64,000 nt of DNA from Histomonas meleagridis 2922-C6/04-290x (GCA_020184695.1 JAANOX010000126.1:645897-709896); one strand, 5' to 3'. Shown: positions 24,253 to 35,950, numbered from the stretch's first letter. A program made the numbers and translations. The notes: generated from the letters alone by a model not told the origin.

Positions 24253-25278
24253 TTATTCACTAAAGATTATCCTCATTCCAATAGAAGCAGCAATGGCTAA
24301 GTCTTTTAATATTTTTGCAACAAATGATTTATCTTTATATCCTTCAAGATGTGATGTATATGATTGAAGTGATATCGGATTATAAAAAGGAAAGCTGGGG
24401 AATGGATATGGAAAAGAGATTCGAGGTGACAAATAAATACAATCTTCCGAAATTTGCAAACTTTTGTCCATGTTCAGCACAACGTTTGGCGGATATTTTT
24501 GGTATATTTCAACAGTGTTGTTAATGATTTGATCGACAGTGAAATTTGTATCTTGTAAAATTGATAATATTGTGTTTGGATCAAAGTTCCGTTTCATCAT
24601 CTTTTCTCTTTCTAAAGAAATAATAGAAATAATTGTATATGTTGGAATAAGTGGATGTGATGCGATGAAAAAATCAAGAAAACGAAGTCCGCTTTCTATA
24701 TCTGGAACGTTGTGTGCAAAGAATGTTACGATGAAGGAAACTAAGAGATGAGATTGTATGTCTGATTTTTCAAAAGAAACATAAATATCATTATCAACAA
24801 TTCGAAGAAGAGAGAAAGAGAAATCAAGAATAGTCTCAATACCTCCAAGGGTTTGACCTAGAAAGCAATGCAAAGGACCAAGAGCAAGAGCTTCAAGAAT
24901 TTGAAGTGCAAAAGATTCACGAGCAAAAGTAAGAACAATAATAGCAATCTCTTGGAATCCCTGATAATATGTTAAATCATTATGACGCTCAAATAAACTT
25001 GATAGAACTCGAAGTAATTTTTCTTTTCGATATGTTTTGCATTCCTGCGATTGAATAGAGGAATAGCTACGATGCACATCCTTTTTAACTAAATCAATGT
25101 CTTTAAAATCATATTTTGGTGCAATTGTTGGAGTAAAAGCATTTGGAATATCTAACAAAAGTCGATAAGATGCTCGTCGTTGAGAATTATTTCCATAACC
25201 ATGAACACAATGTTTTCGAAGTGAAGAAATATCTTTTGTATTTTGAGCATTTTGAATTATGGCCCCAAGTTCATCCAT
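24253..25278 (-). CDS. Rab-GAP TBC-domain protein (TBC1D20/Gyp8-like)
   Basis: VKKDVHRS (IxxDxxR), YYQGFQEI (YxQ), FLDFFIASHPLIPTY, hydrophobic C-terminus. Confidence 0.88.
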   Translation of the reverse strand: MDELGAIIQNAQNTKDISSLRKHCVHGYGNNSQRRASYRLLLDIPNAFTPTIAPKYDFKDIDLVKKDVHRSYSSIQSQECKTYRKEKLLRVLSSLFERHNDLTYYQGFQEIAIIVLTFARESFALQILEALALGPLHCFLGQTLGGIETILDFSFSLLRIVDNDIYVSFEKSDIQSHLLVSFIVTFFAHNVPDIESGLRFLDFFIASHPLIPTYTIISIISLEREKMMKRNFDPNTILSILQDTNFTVDQIINNTVEIYQKYPPNVVLNMDKSLQISEDCIYLSPRISFPYPFPSFPFYNPISLQSYTSHLEGYKDKSFVAKILKDLAIAASIGMRIIFSE

Positions 25279-25523
25279 TTGCTATGGGCTGCCCCATTGG
25301 ATTGAATTAATTATTTCAGTCTATCGTACTTTTAAGGAAATTCTTGATGAAATTATTGTAAAGAATTATCATCATTAAAAAAATTATCATTTTATGTGTT
25401 TTTCAGCTCTTCTGAGTTTATCCTCACTAAATCTAAATAGACAACATTATGTTGGAAAATTTTTACAATTGATTAAATTCAGCCACAAAAAATTTTAGTT
25501 TAGTTGTAAAACATTCCAAAAGT

Positions 25524-26450
25524 TTATTTGTTTTGATGGAAATCAAGTCCCCAACCGAATAAAACAGGGTTAAACTTATCTTTTGCGGATGTTTCAGAAC
25601 TCAGACTGACTGTCAGCCATTCTGTTGGATCAACTGTTGTTTTGAAATTGAGTCTTCCATCTGTTTGACATTTTCCATAAAATTTACAATTTCGATCAAC
25701 TTTAAATCCTATTGTGAAGTTGAAATTATTCGATTTACTCTTATATTTGGAAGAAATACCAAACTTCATGTTGCTGGAGCGAACAGATGACATTCCAAAT
25801 GAAATGGTTCTGTTGATGAAATCGATCATGGCAAACCAATTTGTTGGTCTAAGACATCGATAATATCCTATTCTAATGTGGTTAAGCTTTTTAGTATATA
25901 AGTCACCCTTAATTGACCCAAGTGTGTGGATTTTAGGGAGAATTAATTGAGTTTCAAGGAGATTCATTTTACTTGTTACCATACTACTAACTTTTATATA
26001 TGATGCTAACGCCTGTGATGAAACAGAAGTAACAATAGTTCTATTTTTTGTCATACCAACAAAAGCATTAAGATAAATTGATTTTGGATGGTAATTTGTT
26101 GTCACTGAAAAAACACAACCTTTAGCAGACAGCTCTTTTTTGGTATTATTATAATAATTTGAGAGAGATGCGCCAAGAGAAAATGGAATTTTTTGGAAAT
26201 TATGTTTAAAGGATAAAAATGCTGATAAAGTTGAATCTGCTTCAAAAATGACTGTATTGTTTTTAAAGTTTGAGTTTAACTTTGCTTTTGCTTGAAGCAT
26301 TTTTGTTGGATGTGGGGATATCACAAGTTGAATATCATGTAATTGATTTTTTTTAGAAAAAGATACGAACCCAGTACATTCATTTTCTAAAATTTCATCG
26401 ATTGATGATTGTATATTATTAATTAGAGCATAGTCGCAGAATTTTTTCAT
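25524..26450 (-). CDS. Eukaryotic porin-3 family beta-barrel, likely hydrogenosomal Tom40 paralog
   Basis: 308 aa with alternating amphipathic beta-strands and C-terminal VLFGWGLDF resembling a beta-signal. Confidence 0.6.
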   Translation of the reverse strand: MKKFCDYALINNIQSSIDEILENECTGFVSFSKKNQLHDIQLVISPHPTKMLQAKAKLNSNFKNNTVIFEADSTLSAFLSFKHNFQKIPFSLGASLSNYYNNTKKELSAKGCVFSVTTNYHPKSIYLNAFVGMTKNRTIVTSVSSQALASYIKVSSMVTSKMNLLETQLILPKIHTLGSIKGDLYTKKLNHIRIGYYRCLRPTNWFAMIDFINRTISFGMSSVRSSNMKFGISSKYKSKSNNFNFTIGFKVDRNCKFYGKCQTDGRLNFKTTVDPTEWLTVSLSSETSAKDKFNPVLFGWGLDFHQNK

Positions 26451-26552
26451 CTCTTGGAATCCGACCGAATATCGTTACAAAAAGTGAATCAATACAACGG
26501 TTTTGTAACAGTTTTCGAACGTTTAAAAAGAAAAGAAGAGAATTAGTTCTCT

Positions 26553-27389
26553 TTACTCAGCTTTAGCCAAAATCTCCAAGAGAGCAGTTGTAGCCTCGCG
26601 TTCCATAGTGTATTTTCTATCATTGTCAAGGAAATCTCCGGAGGTTCTTTGAGCAAGTGTGATGCAAACAGCGCCAACTTTGATTTGTGCTGCTGGGAAT
26701 TTGTTAGCAAGAAATGCTAAAACATAAGTTTCCATTTCAAAGCTAAGTGCATCTGGGTCAACTTGCAAAATCGTTTCGATAACTTTTTCATTGTTGTTTC
26801 TAAATGCGTCATCTAAACGACCTTGTGAGCCATAGAAAGTATCGGCTGAGAAATCTGGACCAATAACAGTGCGATATTGTGGCATCTTTTGAGTAAATTC
26901 ATCATGAATAAGTTTAATTAAACCTGCATCAAGGTCAATTGGCTTCTTGGTGATTTCGTATGGGAATGCGTCATTTTCATAACTTTGGCGTACGGCGTAT
27001 GCCTTATTTGTTAAGGCAAAGCAACCAACAGGAACATCGGCATGAAGTGAGCCACATGTACCAAAGCGGATGATATAAATTGGGCCATCAACGATAGCAC
27101 GAATTTGAACAAGGAGCATTTCAACCATAGCGAAACCCATACCAGTTGCAATAACTGAAACTGGAACACCGTGGAACTTACCTGTGTATGTTGCATATAT
27201 CATGTTTGATTGACGAATGATAACAGGAGAATCTTTGTCAAAGCATTCTTTGAACTTATTGGCTCTATTAGGATCACCAACAGTGATAATGCGGTTGGCG
27301 ACTTCGCCCTTCTTGCAGTTCAATGGCTGAATGCGTCCATCTTTGTCGAAGATTGGGCCTGATGGTTGTTTCCAAAGGAAAGAGTCCAT
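26553..27389 (-). CDS. Uridine phosphorylase (PNP/UDP phosphorylase family 1)
   Basis: ITVGDPNRA, TGMGFAMVE, IRFGTCGSL, DTFYGSQGR, FEMET. Confidence 0.92.
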   Translation of the reverse strand: MDSFLWKQPSGPIFDKDGRIQPLNCKKGEVANRIITVGDPNRANKFKECFDKDSPVIIRQSNMIYATYTGKFHGVPVSVIATGMGFAMVEMLLVQIRAIVDGPIYIIRFGTCGSLHADVPVGCFALTNKAYAVRQSYENDAFPYEITKKPIDLDAGLIKLIHDEFTQKMPQYRTVIGPDFSADTFYGSQGRLDDAFRNNNEKVIETILQVDPDALSFEMETYVLAFLANKFPAAQIKVGAVCITLAQRTSGDFLDNDRKYTMEREATTALLEILAKAE

Positions 27390-27758
27390 TTATTTTTTAT
27401 AGAAAACGATGAATTTTTTTTTGAATGGAAATTGAATGCACAAAAACGATCAGGCTGAACCACATTTGCCTTCGGCTTAGGGTGCCCTTATATTACCCTT
27501 TTTGATCGTTCTTTATTGAATTTTACCCCAAATTTTGTGTTGATCAGTAAAGTCATGTTAAGTCCATGTTAACAATTGTTTTCGTTTCAAATAAACTTAA
27601 AAAATATTTTAAATATTAAAAATATTGGAAATTTATTGCATTGTTCATGTGTAAAAATTCTTATGTATATATATTAATTCTAAATTCTAAATAAAAAAAG
27701 ACCCACACAATACCTTCAACAATAATCACCCGAAGAATCCCTATTCATTAGTTAAAAA

Positions 27759-27870
27759 GAATTGATGTAAATGCTAAAGATGTTTACTTATATTAATTTT
27801 TGTAATTTTTAATTTCAAAATAATATTTGATATTTCAAATTATTTAGAATTGTACTTATGATTGCGTCTG
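27759..27870 (+). pseudogene. Solo ankyrin-spacer relic
   Basis: RIDVNAKD (GAT 27779-27781), then a 67-nt spacer containing TTTCAAAATAATATTTG, then FR-IVLMIASE; no surrounding ORF. Confidence 0.7.
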
Positions 27871-28571
27871 AAAAAAAAATTACCAATTAATATAAAATTA
27901 CTTTCTAAACATAAATAAAACCATTAATTATAATGAAAATAAATATATTTATTTTGGTTGAAAAAGAAATCGGAAATCTCATAAAATCACCATAACTTTA
28001 TATCTAGGCTATTTTAGATATTTTTTTTTCGATATTTTAATCACATAAATATATATCCCATGTTTTTTTCTTGTTGTCTGAATTCTATTGCCGATGGTAA
28101 TTTGATTAAAATGTTGCCAATATTATGTTTATGAGTATCAGTGAATCCTTTGACACCTGAACAACATTTCATCGATCATTCTGTCAGAACGCCGAGTACC
28201 TAACAAGTGCTAAGTGTGTTTTCTAGTAACTTTTCGAGCATGATTAGCCTATATGATATAACAAGGTGTAACTGAAACTTCGCATTTATCAAATTGGGAG
28301 AGAGGTTCATATTTAATTCCAATAAGTTCTTTTCCAAAAATTTTTCTTTAATTTTTTTATATTTCACATATATATTATGGATTATGGATATGATTTCTAA
28401 TGAAAACTTATGAAAGTCTTTTTTTCATAAGGCCATATTTGTTTTGAGTTTATCTACTACTTTGCAATATGTGAATTCGATCAAATCTCTAAATAATTTC
28501 TTTCAAAACATTTTCATAATTCAATATACGATCGGAATCTTTATGAAAAACAAATTATATAATAACATTTT

Positions 28572-29504
28572 TTAGTATATTCTCTTTTCCTTCAACAAAT
28601 TCCATAATTCATTTAATGACAATTCCTTAATTTTCGTTCCCCTTAACTTCATTGGCAGCATTTTATCAGCCTTTTGAACATTCGTTTTTTGTTCTTTATT
28701 AAAAGTAAACCATTTCGCCGATTTCTCATCATATTCGACTTCTTGCAGCGCCAACTTCGACGCCAGACATGCGCGGATCCGCTTATGCAATGGGAGGCCT
28801 GAGAAAAGGCCGTCGCTATTCGAATACGCAGGAAGCAGCTTCGCAAGGCCATCAATTGTCATTCCTTCCTTGTGACTCTTGAGAACAGATAAAACGCGAT
28901 CTTGAAAAGGAACTTTTTGATCGCTAATGCAACGACTCGTTTCCTTTGGGGCTTCGGCAGTGTTTGGCCCCCATTTGTTAGGGTCTGATGGTGAACGTAC
29001 AAATAGGAAACGAGAATCTTTCTGTATGGAATAATTAATGTGCAAAATACGTTTGTCTGGAAATTGTCGTAATTGGCGATCGGCATTGGAGATAATGTAA
29101 TCCCAGAAATGATGAAGGAAATCAAGAATTTGATCATCACTCGCATAACCCCCATGAATTTGCATGCAGTAAAGAATGGCTTTTTGAACTGATGATAACT
29201 TACGTATAGGAATACCAGCTAACTCAAATGGGTGTTTGACATTTGAGATTTCACTTGGATCAATTGAATCAAGATCAACTTCATCTGATTGAACAGTTGG
29301 TGAGTTTTTTTTAGATTCTTCATTTTTATCTTCATTATGATCTTCATTAGACTCTTCTTTAGAAATTTCTTCTGTTGAAGATTTTTTTCCTCTGTTTCTT
29401 TTTGGTATATTTTCTTCTGTTTCATTAGTGTCCTCTTTGATGTTTTCTGTATTTTCTGAGTGTTCATGATTTCTTGAGGGATTTCTTCTTCTTGTTCTCA
29501 TCAT
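28572..29504 (-). CDS. Hypothetical nuclear protein (basic/acidic N-terminus, possible winged-helix segments)
   Basis: Intact 310-aa ORF with NLS-like RTRRR and a low-complexity E/K/N tract; fold guess is inference only. Confidence 0.7.
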   Translation of the reverse strand: MMRTRRRNPSRNHEHSENTENIKEDTNETEENIPKRNRGKKSSTEEISKEESNEDHNEDKNEESKKNSPTVQSDEVDLDSIDPSEISNVKHPFELAGIPIRKLSSVQKAILYCMQIHGGYASDDQILDFLHHFWDYIISNADRQLRQFPDKRILHINYSIQKDSRFLFVRSPSDPNKWGPNTAEAPKETSRCISDQKVPFQDRVLSVLKSHKEGMTIDGLAKLLPAYSNSDGLFSGLPLHKRIRACLASKLALQEVEYDEKSAKWFTFNKEQKTNVQKADKMLPMKLRGTKIKELSLNELWNLLKEKRIY

Positions 29505-29544
29505 TTTTTTTTACAATGGTTTACGAAAAAAGAACGATGACAAA

Positions 29545-30957
29545 ATGAATCCAAATTACAAATCCAAGATACAGCCAAAATTTAAAAGAGCGAAATCAAT
29601 CGAACTCGTTGAGAATGAAAGTGGTGATTATACTTTTGATGAAGAAAATCAAAAAAATTTAATTGATAACATTTTTTGTGGATATCAAAATAAAAACATT
29701 TTACAGGTAGATAATACTCTTAAAACTCTTGGATCTCTTTTGTGTAAAGATGATTACCATATTTCAATAAAATTATTTACTGATACGCAACTTTTAACAA
29801 TTTTAATAGATTTGATGACGCAAATTGAATCCGAGGACAGACCGCTACGAAAAATTGGTTTTTTATCTCTTCAGTGTTTGATAGTGATCACATTTTTAAC
29901 AAATGAAGTTTCAGAAAAATTAGTTTCACTTAGTTTTTTACAAACTTTAATTGACTTCATTGACAAAGTGTCAAGTTCCAACATTGAATCCATTCTTATT
30001 TGTCTCTATAACATCTTATATGACGTTCCATCACAAATTACTTTTTTATATTCTCATTATAATCCGACGCACTTTTTATCGTTATTTTATACGGAAGAAA
30101 TGGAACCATATCGTAAATATCCAAATTCATTACATAAAAGAATCTCGAACGTTCTTAGTCTTTTTTGCCGGTCAAAAGTTATGATGAGTGATAAAGACAT
30201 ATATCACATTGCGCATTTATATTGCACATATTTATGTAACGAATCCTATAAATTATTCAAAGTTGGCTTAAACGGAATTCAAATTATGCTTGAAAACAAT
30301 TTAATAAAGTCAATAAATGTTAATTTATTTAATGACATTCCAGATATCTTAGAGAAAGCATCTGAACATGAAGATGAAGAATGCAAGAAATTAGCGTTAA
30401 GTATCATATCAGAAATGTATAACATTTCATATTTTTACCTTAAATTTGATATTCGAGACATATTTGATGAGTGCATTAAAAATTTGAATAATGAAATTGG
30501 TTTATATTCTTATAACGCAGTTTATTCAATATTAAAAAATACTGAAGAAAGTAAAGTCGAAGAATTCCTTTTATGTGATCACGTTGATTTCGTTGATCAA
30601 GTTTTACTCGATGGAATTATTGATGGACCATTTGCAATAATGTGGCTTGCAAATTTGGCATTATTAAAGACATTAAAAGAATCGGGCGAATATATACTAA
30701 GATTCGCTTCAATGAAATTCTTTTGTGCTGTAGAAAAATTGTTGTTGACCGATGATGAGGAAATAATAAGTCGAATCTTGGAATGTCTTTACATCTTTTT
30801 CTTCAGATGTAAATGCATTAACATGGATTGTTTTAATGAGTGCATTGAAATGATTAATCAAACGAGTTTGGTGGAATTACTCGAGAAAAATTCGTCTAGT
30901 AATAATGAAACAATTGCTGGTAATTGCACAAGCATATTAAATCTGATGTTTAAGTAA
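29545..30957 (+). CDS. ARM/HEAT-repeat helical protein
   Basis: 470-aa intact ORF with Leu/Ile-rich amphipathic helices and a C-terminal ARM-like NETIAGNCTSILN. Confidence 0.7.
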   Translation: MNPNYKSKIQPKFKRAKSIELVENESGDYTFDEENQKNLIDNIFCGYQNKNILQVDNTLKTLGSLLCKDDYHISIKLFTDTQLLTILIDLMTQIESEDRPLRKIGFLSLQCLIVITFLTNEVSEKLVSLSFLQTLIDFIDKVSSSNIESILICLYNILYDVPSQITFLYSHYNPTHFLSLFYTEEMEPYRKYPNSLHKRISNVLSLFCRSKVMMSDKDIYHIAHLYCTYLCNESYKLFKVGLNGIQIMLENNLIKSINVNLFNDIPDILEKASEHEDEECKKLALSIISEMYNISYFYLKFDIRDIFDECIKNLNNEIGLYSYNAVYSILKNTEESKVEEFLLCDHVDFVDQVLLDGIIDGPFAIMWLANLALLKTLKESGEYILRFASMKFFCAVEKLLLTDDEEIISRILECLYIFFFRCKCINMDCFNECIEMINQTSLVELLEKNSSSNNETIAGNCTSILNLMFK

Positions 30958-30996
30958 AGATTTACGGAATTTTTCAAAATTGTCATAATATTTTCA

Positions 30997-32793
30997 ATGG
31001 ATTTAGTTCTGCCTATTTGGGGTGCCTCGTTGCCAATAATGTCTTTTCGCTCTTTTCCTTCAGAAGTTGCAACACTCCTTGAAAATAAGCGGTACGCCGA
31101 TGCAATTTCGATCTGCAAAGACAAGTGTATCAGTTATACAATGATTCAAGAAATGGTTCATAATCAAGTTCAAATGGCAATTTCAGCTTTCGAAAATAGT
31201 GACCCTCAATTATCTATTGATATCTTTATTACTACAATAGGAGTTGTTGAACCATCAATTGTTCTTTCTCGTTTCTTTGCACCCCATCTTACTCGATATT
31301 TAACACAATATTTAGTTGAACTTCATAAAAGAGGATATGCAAATGAACAGCATACAAAACTTTTATTCAATATGTTTTATCATGATGAAGGACGAGAAAC
31401 TCTTCGTGAATTTATTGATTATCTTAAAAAAGCTAAAAAAGCAGAAGAAACCCGAAACGACTCAAAGATACGAAACTTCTTAAAGAGCAAGGAAAAGAAA
31501 GAAAAGCAAGAACAATATACCAGATTTTTCAAAAACTTTAATGTTGATGCAGCTGTTGATACACTTATTAACAATGATATGGAAGAATACGCATTTGAGA
31601 TATCCAACATCATGGAAGTATCAAAATATATAATTTCATTATTAATTAATTCTCAAAAAGATTACTTCCAAGCTGCTGCAATCATCTACGAGAAGGCAAC
31701 ACAAGCCAGTGGTAAATCTCTTCTCATAGATTTTGGTCCCACGCTTCTTAGTCAAGGTGGAGAGATCTCTGCTATGATATCCAAAGCTGCCCATGCACTT
31801 TGGATACAAGAGAATGAGCGAGATGACTCAGGTTTCATTAAGATCTTTTGGGGATTTCCTGAAAGTCTCAAAGAATTCATTAAACGGGCGATAGCCGACA
31901 AACCGACGCCACTTTTTGTTTACACGTACTTTGATCTTCTTATTCCTAAGAAGAATAACACCCCTACGATGGGTGGTTATCCCACATCTAACCCTCAACA
32001 TGTTATAGAATGTATTGAAGATTCATCTTTTCCAATATATGATGTAAATATAGATCCATTACTGTTTCTCTTTAGAGAAAATGACTTTAACCCGGGAACG
32101 ATTTCATTACTTCGCCGATCTAAGCGTTATAGTGACATAGCACAGCTCTACATGTCACGAAACATGACGCAAGAACTTGTTTCATTCATCAGCCGCAGCG
32201 ATGTCACTTTTGACGATGAGACTCAATTTTCTATTTTCCGCTATTTTGCCAATTCTGATGACAATGTATATACCAAAGATGTAGATTTCATGAAGAATTT
32301 ACTTGACACAGCCCTTAAAACTCGACCATTGTATTCATTGATTGAAGAATTATGTCGAAATAGTAACACGACATTTGATGTCATTAAAGGACATTTGAAC
32401 ACTGAACTTCATGACATAACACAACAATATTCATCTGAAGAAGAAGAACATAAAACACTTTTAGCTGAGCTGAACGATTTGGAAGAAGAAATTACGCGTC
32501 TCGAAGAGGCGGACATCCAAATTCGTCCTGTTTATTGTGACCAATGCGGCAAATCACTTTCGCCACCGTACATAGGGTTCTTTTGCGGTCATAGTTTTCA
32601 CCCTGACTGCTGCTGGGAGAACCACAGAGGCGAAAAGATGTGTCCGATATGTGCTGGTGATGAGAATGAGAATGAGCAAAATGAGAGTAATAATAATATA
32701 AATGATAATAATGTGAATATTGCAGTGGAAAATTGTAATGAAATACTAGAATCAACTGTGGAACTAATTAACGCTGGTTATTTCTCTAAATAA
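30997..32793 (+). CDS. VPS11: Vps11-like CORVET/HOPS subunit (alpha-solenoid + RING-H2)
   Basis: TIGVVEPSIVLSRF...LTQYLVELHKRGYANEQHTKLL matches the Vps11 clathrin-repeat signature; C-terminal CDQC...FFCGHSFHPDC...CPIC. Confidence 0.82.
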   Translation: MDLVLPIWGASLPIMSFRSFPSEVATLLENKRYADAISICKDKCISYTMIQEMVHNQVQMAISAFENSDPQLSIDIFITTIGVVEPSIVLSRFFAPHLTRYLTQYLVELHKRGYANEQHTKLLFNMFYHDEGRETLREFIDYLKKAKKAEETRNDSKIRNFLKSKEKKEKQEQYTRFFKNFNVDAAVDTLINNDMEEYAFEISNIMEVSKYIISLLINSQKDYFQAAAIIYEKATQASGKSLLIDFGPTLLSQGGEISAMISKAAHALWIQENERDDSGFIKIFWGFPESLKEFIKRAIADKPTPLFVYTYFDLLIPKKNNTPTMGGYPTSNPQHVIECIEDSSFPIYDVNIDPLLFLFRENDFNPGTISLLRRSKRYSDIAQLYMSRNMTQELVSFISRSDVTFDDETQFSIFRYFANSDDNVYTKDVDFMKNLLDTALKTRPLYSLIEELCRNSNTTFDVIKGHLNTELHDITQQYSSEEEEHKTLLAELNDLEEEITRLEEADIQIRPVYCDQCGKSLSPPYIGFFCGHSFHPDCCWENHRGEKMCPICAGDENENEQNESNNNINDNNVNIAVENCNEILESTVELINAGYFSK

Positions 32794-33396
32794 AAAATAA
32801 TTAGTAAAAATATATGAAAATTTATTTGATTTTTATGATCATGATCAAAAGTAAAATTTCCAATTATTGTTTCATTTGTATTTTCAAAACAACGCTTTGA
32901 ACTTTTTGGAGATATTGGATATTTTTAGTTTTTATATTCTACTTCAATATAAAAGGAGGCAGACAGAAAACGCCCAAATAATGTGAATCTATATCTTGAT
33001 AATTTATGGATTTATTTTAAAGAGAAAAATTGGATTTTAATTTCTGCTACATATTAATTTAAATAAAATAATTTAATTTATTTAATTTTCTGATTGATAA
33101 ATTTTATTGTGATTATGTTTAGCAGTTGAACTCATTTTATGCTGCAGCTGCGGATATAAGCAAAACTTTTCACATTAATTATTTTTAAAATTTAAATAAA
33201 TTTCCAATCACTTAAAACTCATACAAAAAGAAATCATTATAAATCTAGAAAGCGCTAACGAAATAAGCTTAAAAAAGAATGTAACCCCCAAAACTTAATG
33301 GTGGGCTTTTTAGAACCAAACTTTTGTTTGATATTGTGCGACAGAATAAATTGAAAGGGAAAAAACGACATATTTATTTTCTTTGAAATACAACAA

Positions 33397-34908
33397 ATGA
33401 AGATCAACAGCCCCAACCTAAAAATTTTTATTATAGCTTCAACAATATTGGGAGTTCTCCTTTGTTACATTGGGTTGTATATGATTTTTGTTCCCTTTGT
33501 TGTACTTGCTATTTTACTTGGTTATCGTATTTCAAAGAATCAAAAAAAGGAATTTCATGAAAATGCAACTCATGCAGAGCAAACACAAAACATCCAAACT
33601 GATGATACCATTGAAACAATATTTTCAGATGAATTTGATAACCTTAGTTTTGCAGATTTAATCCAAGAATCTCATAATATTGAAAACGTCAATGAGTTTA
33701 TCAATCACGTTAAAGCATTCTTTCCTGAACATAATCTCATTTGGGATTTTATCAATATAATTTTAAATCATGAAGATGAGATAACACTCATTGGATTCAT
33801 TCAATCCCGATGCCAATCTGATTTCAGACATTATTTTTCTGATTCACTTACAGTTTATGATTCCATTAAATCATGTATCAAAGAATATCAAACTAAGCCA
33901 AATTTATTTGCAGATTCACCAGATGAAATCATATTTTGGCTTCTTGTTTTTCTTGATATCCATTTTTCCAATGTAAAGATTGACTTTTTATCAACGATTT
34001 CCAAATTATTCAACAACAACGTTGAACCTTTTTTCTTCATCAAATTAATTTCCTTGATCAACGACACCATTAAATCCGAATGCACTAAAATGTTACCGAT
34101 TTCTAAGTCATTACTTAAATTTGAGTTATCTATTGGTATGGAAACTGAGTCATATTATTTGATTTCATTAATTGATGAACTTGACATCAATGAAAACTTA
34201 CATGACAACCCAACAATTCTTGAAGAAAGTCATGTTACGAAGTACAAAACCGAAATTATTCAATCGAAATTCAACAACGCATTCATGAACATTGATTACT
34301 ATGGATTTCTTCACGAAAAAGACAAACACGACTTTATAAATTATTTGAACATTTCCGAAGCCGAATATCATTTTTATACAGCGTCACATAGTTATCCTAA
34401 TTCATTAAGTGATTTATATGATGGAATTTCATCATTACTTTCATGTGAAGAAGGAAAACAACGAATAAAAGAAATATTTTCTAATTTGTATATTATTTGG
34501 GATTCGAATTTCCGTAAAATATCAAAAATGCCAATCGAAGAATTGATAATATTGGCGGACATGTTTTATGATGGAGAAGACTTTGAGAATGCGCATGATC
34601 AAGTGAATAAGTTCAATAAGAACATCGATTATGCTTGCGCTATCTATAAGATGCTTTTCGATGATGAAGAATTAATAGACGACGAAAATAACAAAAGGAA
34701 AATTCGACTGTTAAACTATTTGGAAAATAATAGAAACGAATTAAAATATGAAATTGCAAACGCAGGTTTTAAGACTTTGGCAGAATGGAATAATAATACA
34801 AACTCTAATAATGAACAAAGCTTATTGTTAAACGCTGACTTGGTTCGTTATGGTGAAACAACTTCAGAACAAACATTGTCAGCTTTAAGAAAGTTATTAT
34901 TTAATTAA
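33397..34908 (+). CDS. Hypothetical protein with N-terminal membrane anchor
   Basis: 503-aa ORF; hydrophobic residues ~10-43 followed by an acidic helical domain. Confidence 0.7.
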   Translation: MKINSPNLKIFIIASTILGVLLCYIGLYMIFVPFVVLAILLGYRISKNQKKEFHENATHAEQTQNIQTDDTIETIFSDEFDNLSFADLIQESHNIENVNEFINHVKAFFPEHNLIWDFINIILNHEDEITLIGFIQSRCQSDFRHYFSDSLTVYDSIKSCIKEYQTKPNLFADSPDEIIFWLLVFLDIHFSNVKIDFLSTISKLFNNNVEPFFFIKLISLINDTIKSECTKMLPISKSLLKFELSIGMETESYYLISLIDELDINENLHDNPTILEESHVTKYKTEIIQSKFNNAFMNIDYYGFLHEKDKHDFINYLNISEAEYHFYTASHSYPNSLSDLYDGISSLLSCEEGKQRIKEIFSNLYIIWDSNFRKISKMPIEELIILADMFYDGEDFENAHDQVNKFNKNIDYACAIYKMLFDDEELIDDENNKRKIRLLNYLENNRNELKYEIANAGFKTLAEWNNNTNSNNEQSLLLNADLVRYGETTSEQTLSALRKLLFN

Positions 34909-34991
34909 ATAAATAAAAATATTATTTCAAAGAGAATTTTTGGCAACGATTAAAATTATCTGAAAAAGTCGAGTCGGAGTAACCGTCGACT

Positions 34992-35010
34992 TGCGGTTTG
35001 GTCGGCCTTT
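34992..35010 (+). promoter_or_regulatory. M3-like (TGCGGTTT) and M5 (CCTTT) core promoter elements of RPL8
   Basis: TGCGGTTT at 34992-34999 and CCTTT at 35006-35010, 5 nt before the ATG. This pair is known from Trichomonas vaginalis Inr-less, ribosomal-protein-type promoters. Confidence 0.7.
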
Positions 35011-35015
35011 CGGAA

Positions 35016-35774
35016 ATGGGACACATTATTCGTGCTCAGCGTAAAGGTAATGGTAATGTTTTCCGTGCTCATACACACCACAGGAAAGGCGCCGCTAAGT
35101 TCATGCCACTTACAGCCGCTCAAAGATCTGCTCAAATTGTTGGCGTTGTCAAAGACATCATTCATGATCCAGGAAGAGGTGCACCACTTGCCCAACTTGT
35201 TTTCCAAAAAGCTGGCAAAGCAGGTCTTGAAAGACACCTTGTCATTGCCCCAGAAGGTATTCATACAGGTCAATTAATCCAAGTTGGTTCAACAGCTTCC
35301 CTCCACGTTGGTAACATCCTCCCACTCGGTCAAATCCCAGAAGGTGCTGAAGTTTGCAACGTTGAACATCATCCAGGAGATGGCGGTCGCTATGGCCGTT
35401 GCTCAGGCGACTCATGCCGTGTCATCACACACAACGATGATGGCTACACACGTGTTCAACTTCCATCCGGCCGTAAGGTCGTTGTTTCCAGCAACTGCCG
35501 CGCATGCCTTGGCGTTGTATCTGGTGGCGGTCGTCTCGAAAAGCCACTCCTTAAGGCTGGTACAGTTGCACACAAATACGCTGCTAAGAGGAAGGCATGG
35601 CCAGTTGTCCGTGGTACAGCTATGAACCCAGTCGATCACCCATATGGTGGTGGTTCACATCAACACATCGGTAAGCCATCAACAGTCTCTCGTAACGCTC
35701 GTCCAGGTCAAAAGGTTGGTCTCGTTGCAGCTCGTCGTACTGGTCGCAGGAGGGGTACAATCTCAGTTGTCTAA
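35016..35774 (+). CDS. RPL8: 60S ribosomal protein L8 (uL2)
   Basis: [54 protein letters not shown]; true ATG at 35016. Confidence 0.98.
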   Translation: MGHIIRAQRKGNGNVFRAHTHHRKGAAKFMPLTAAQRSAQIVGVVKDIIHDPGRGAPLAQLVFQKAGKAGLERHLVIAPEGIHTGQLIQVGSTASLHVGNILPLGQIPEGAEVCNVEHHPGDGGRYGRCSGDSCRVITHNDDGYTRVQLPSGRKVVVSSNCRACLGVVSGGGRLEKPLLKAGTVAHKYAAKRKAWPVVRGTAMNPVDHPYGGGSHQHIGKPSTVSRNARPGQKVGLVAARRTGRRRGTISVV

Positions 35775-35950
35775 ACAACGAAATCATTTCATTTTTTTTT
35801 ATTATTGAACCAAATCTTTTGTTTCAATTTCGCTCAAGATGACTGCCATTTATAATATTATGTCAAAGGATGAATTCCATTTTTTTTAATAACGATAGAT
35901 ATTTTCAGAGAAAAACGATGCTATTCTTGTGAAAAGGTTCAAACAAAATT

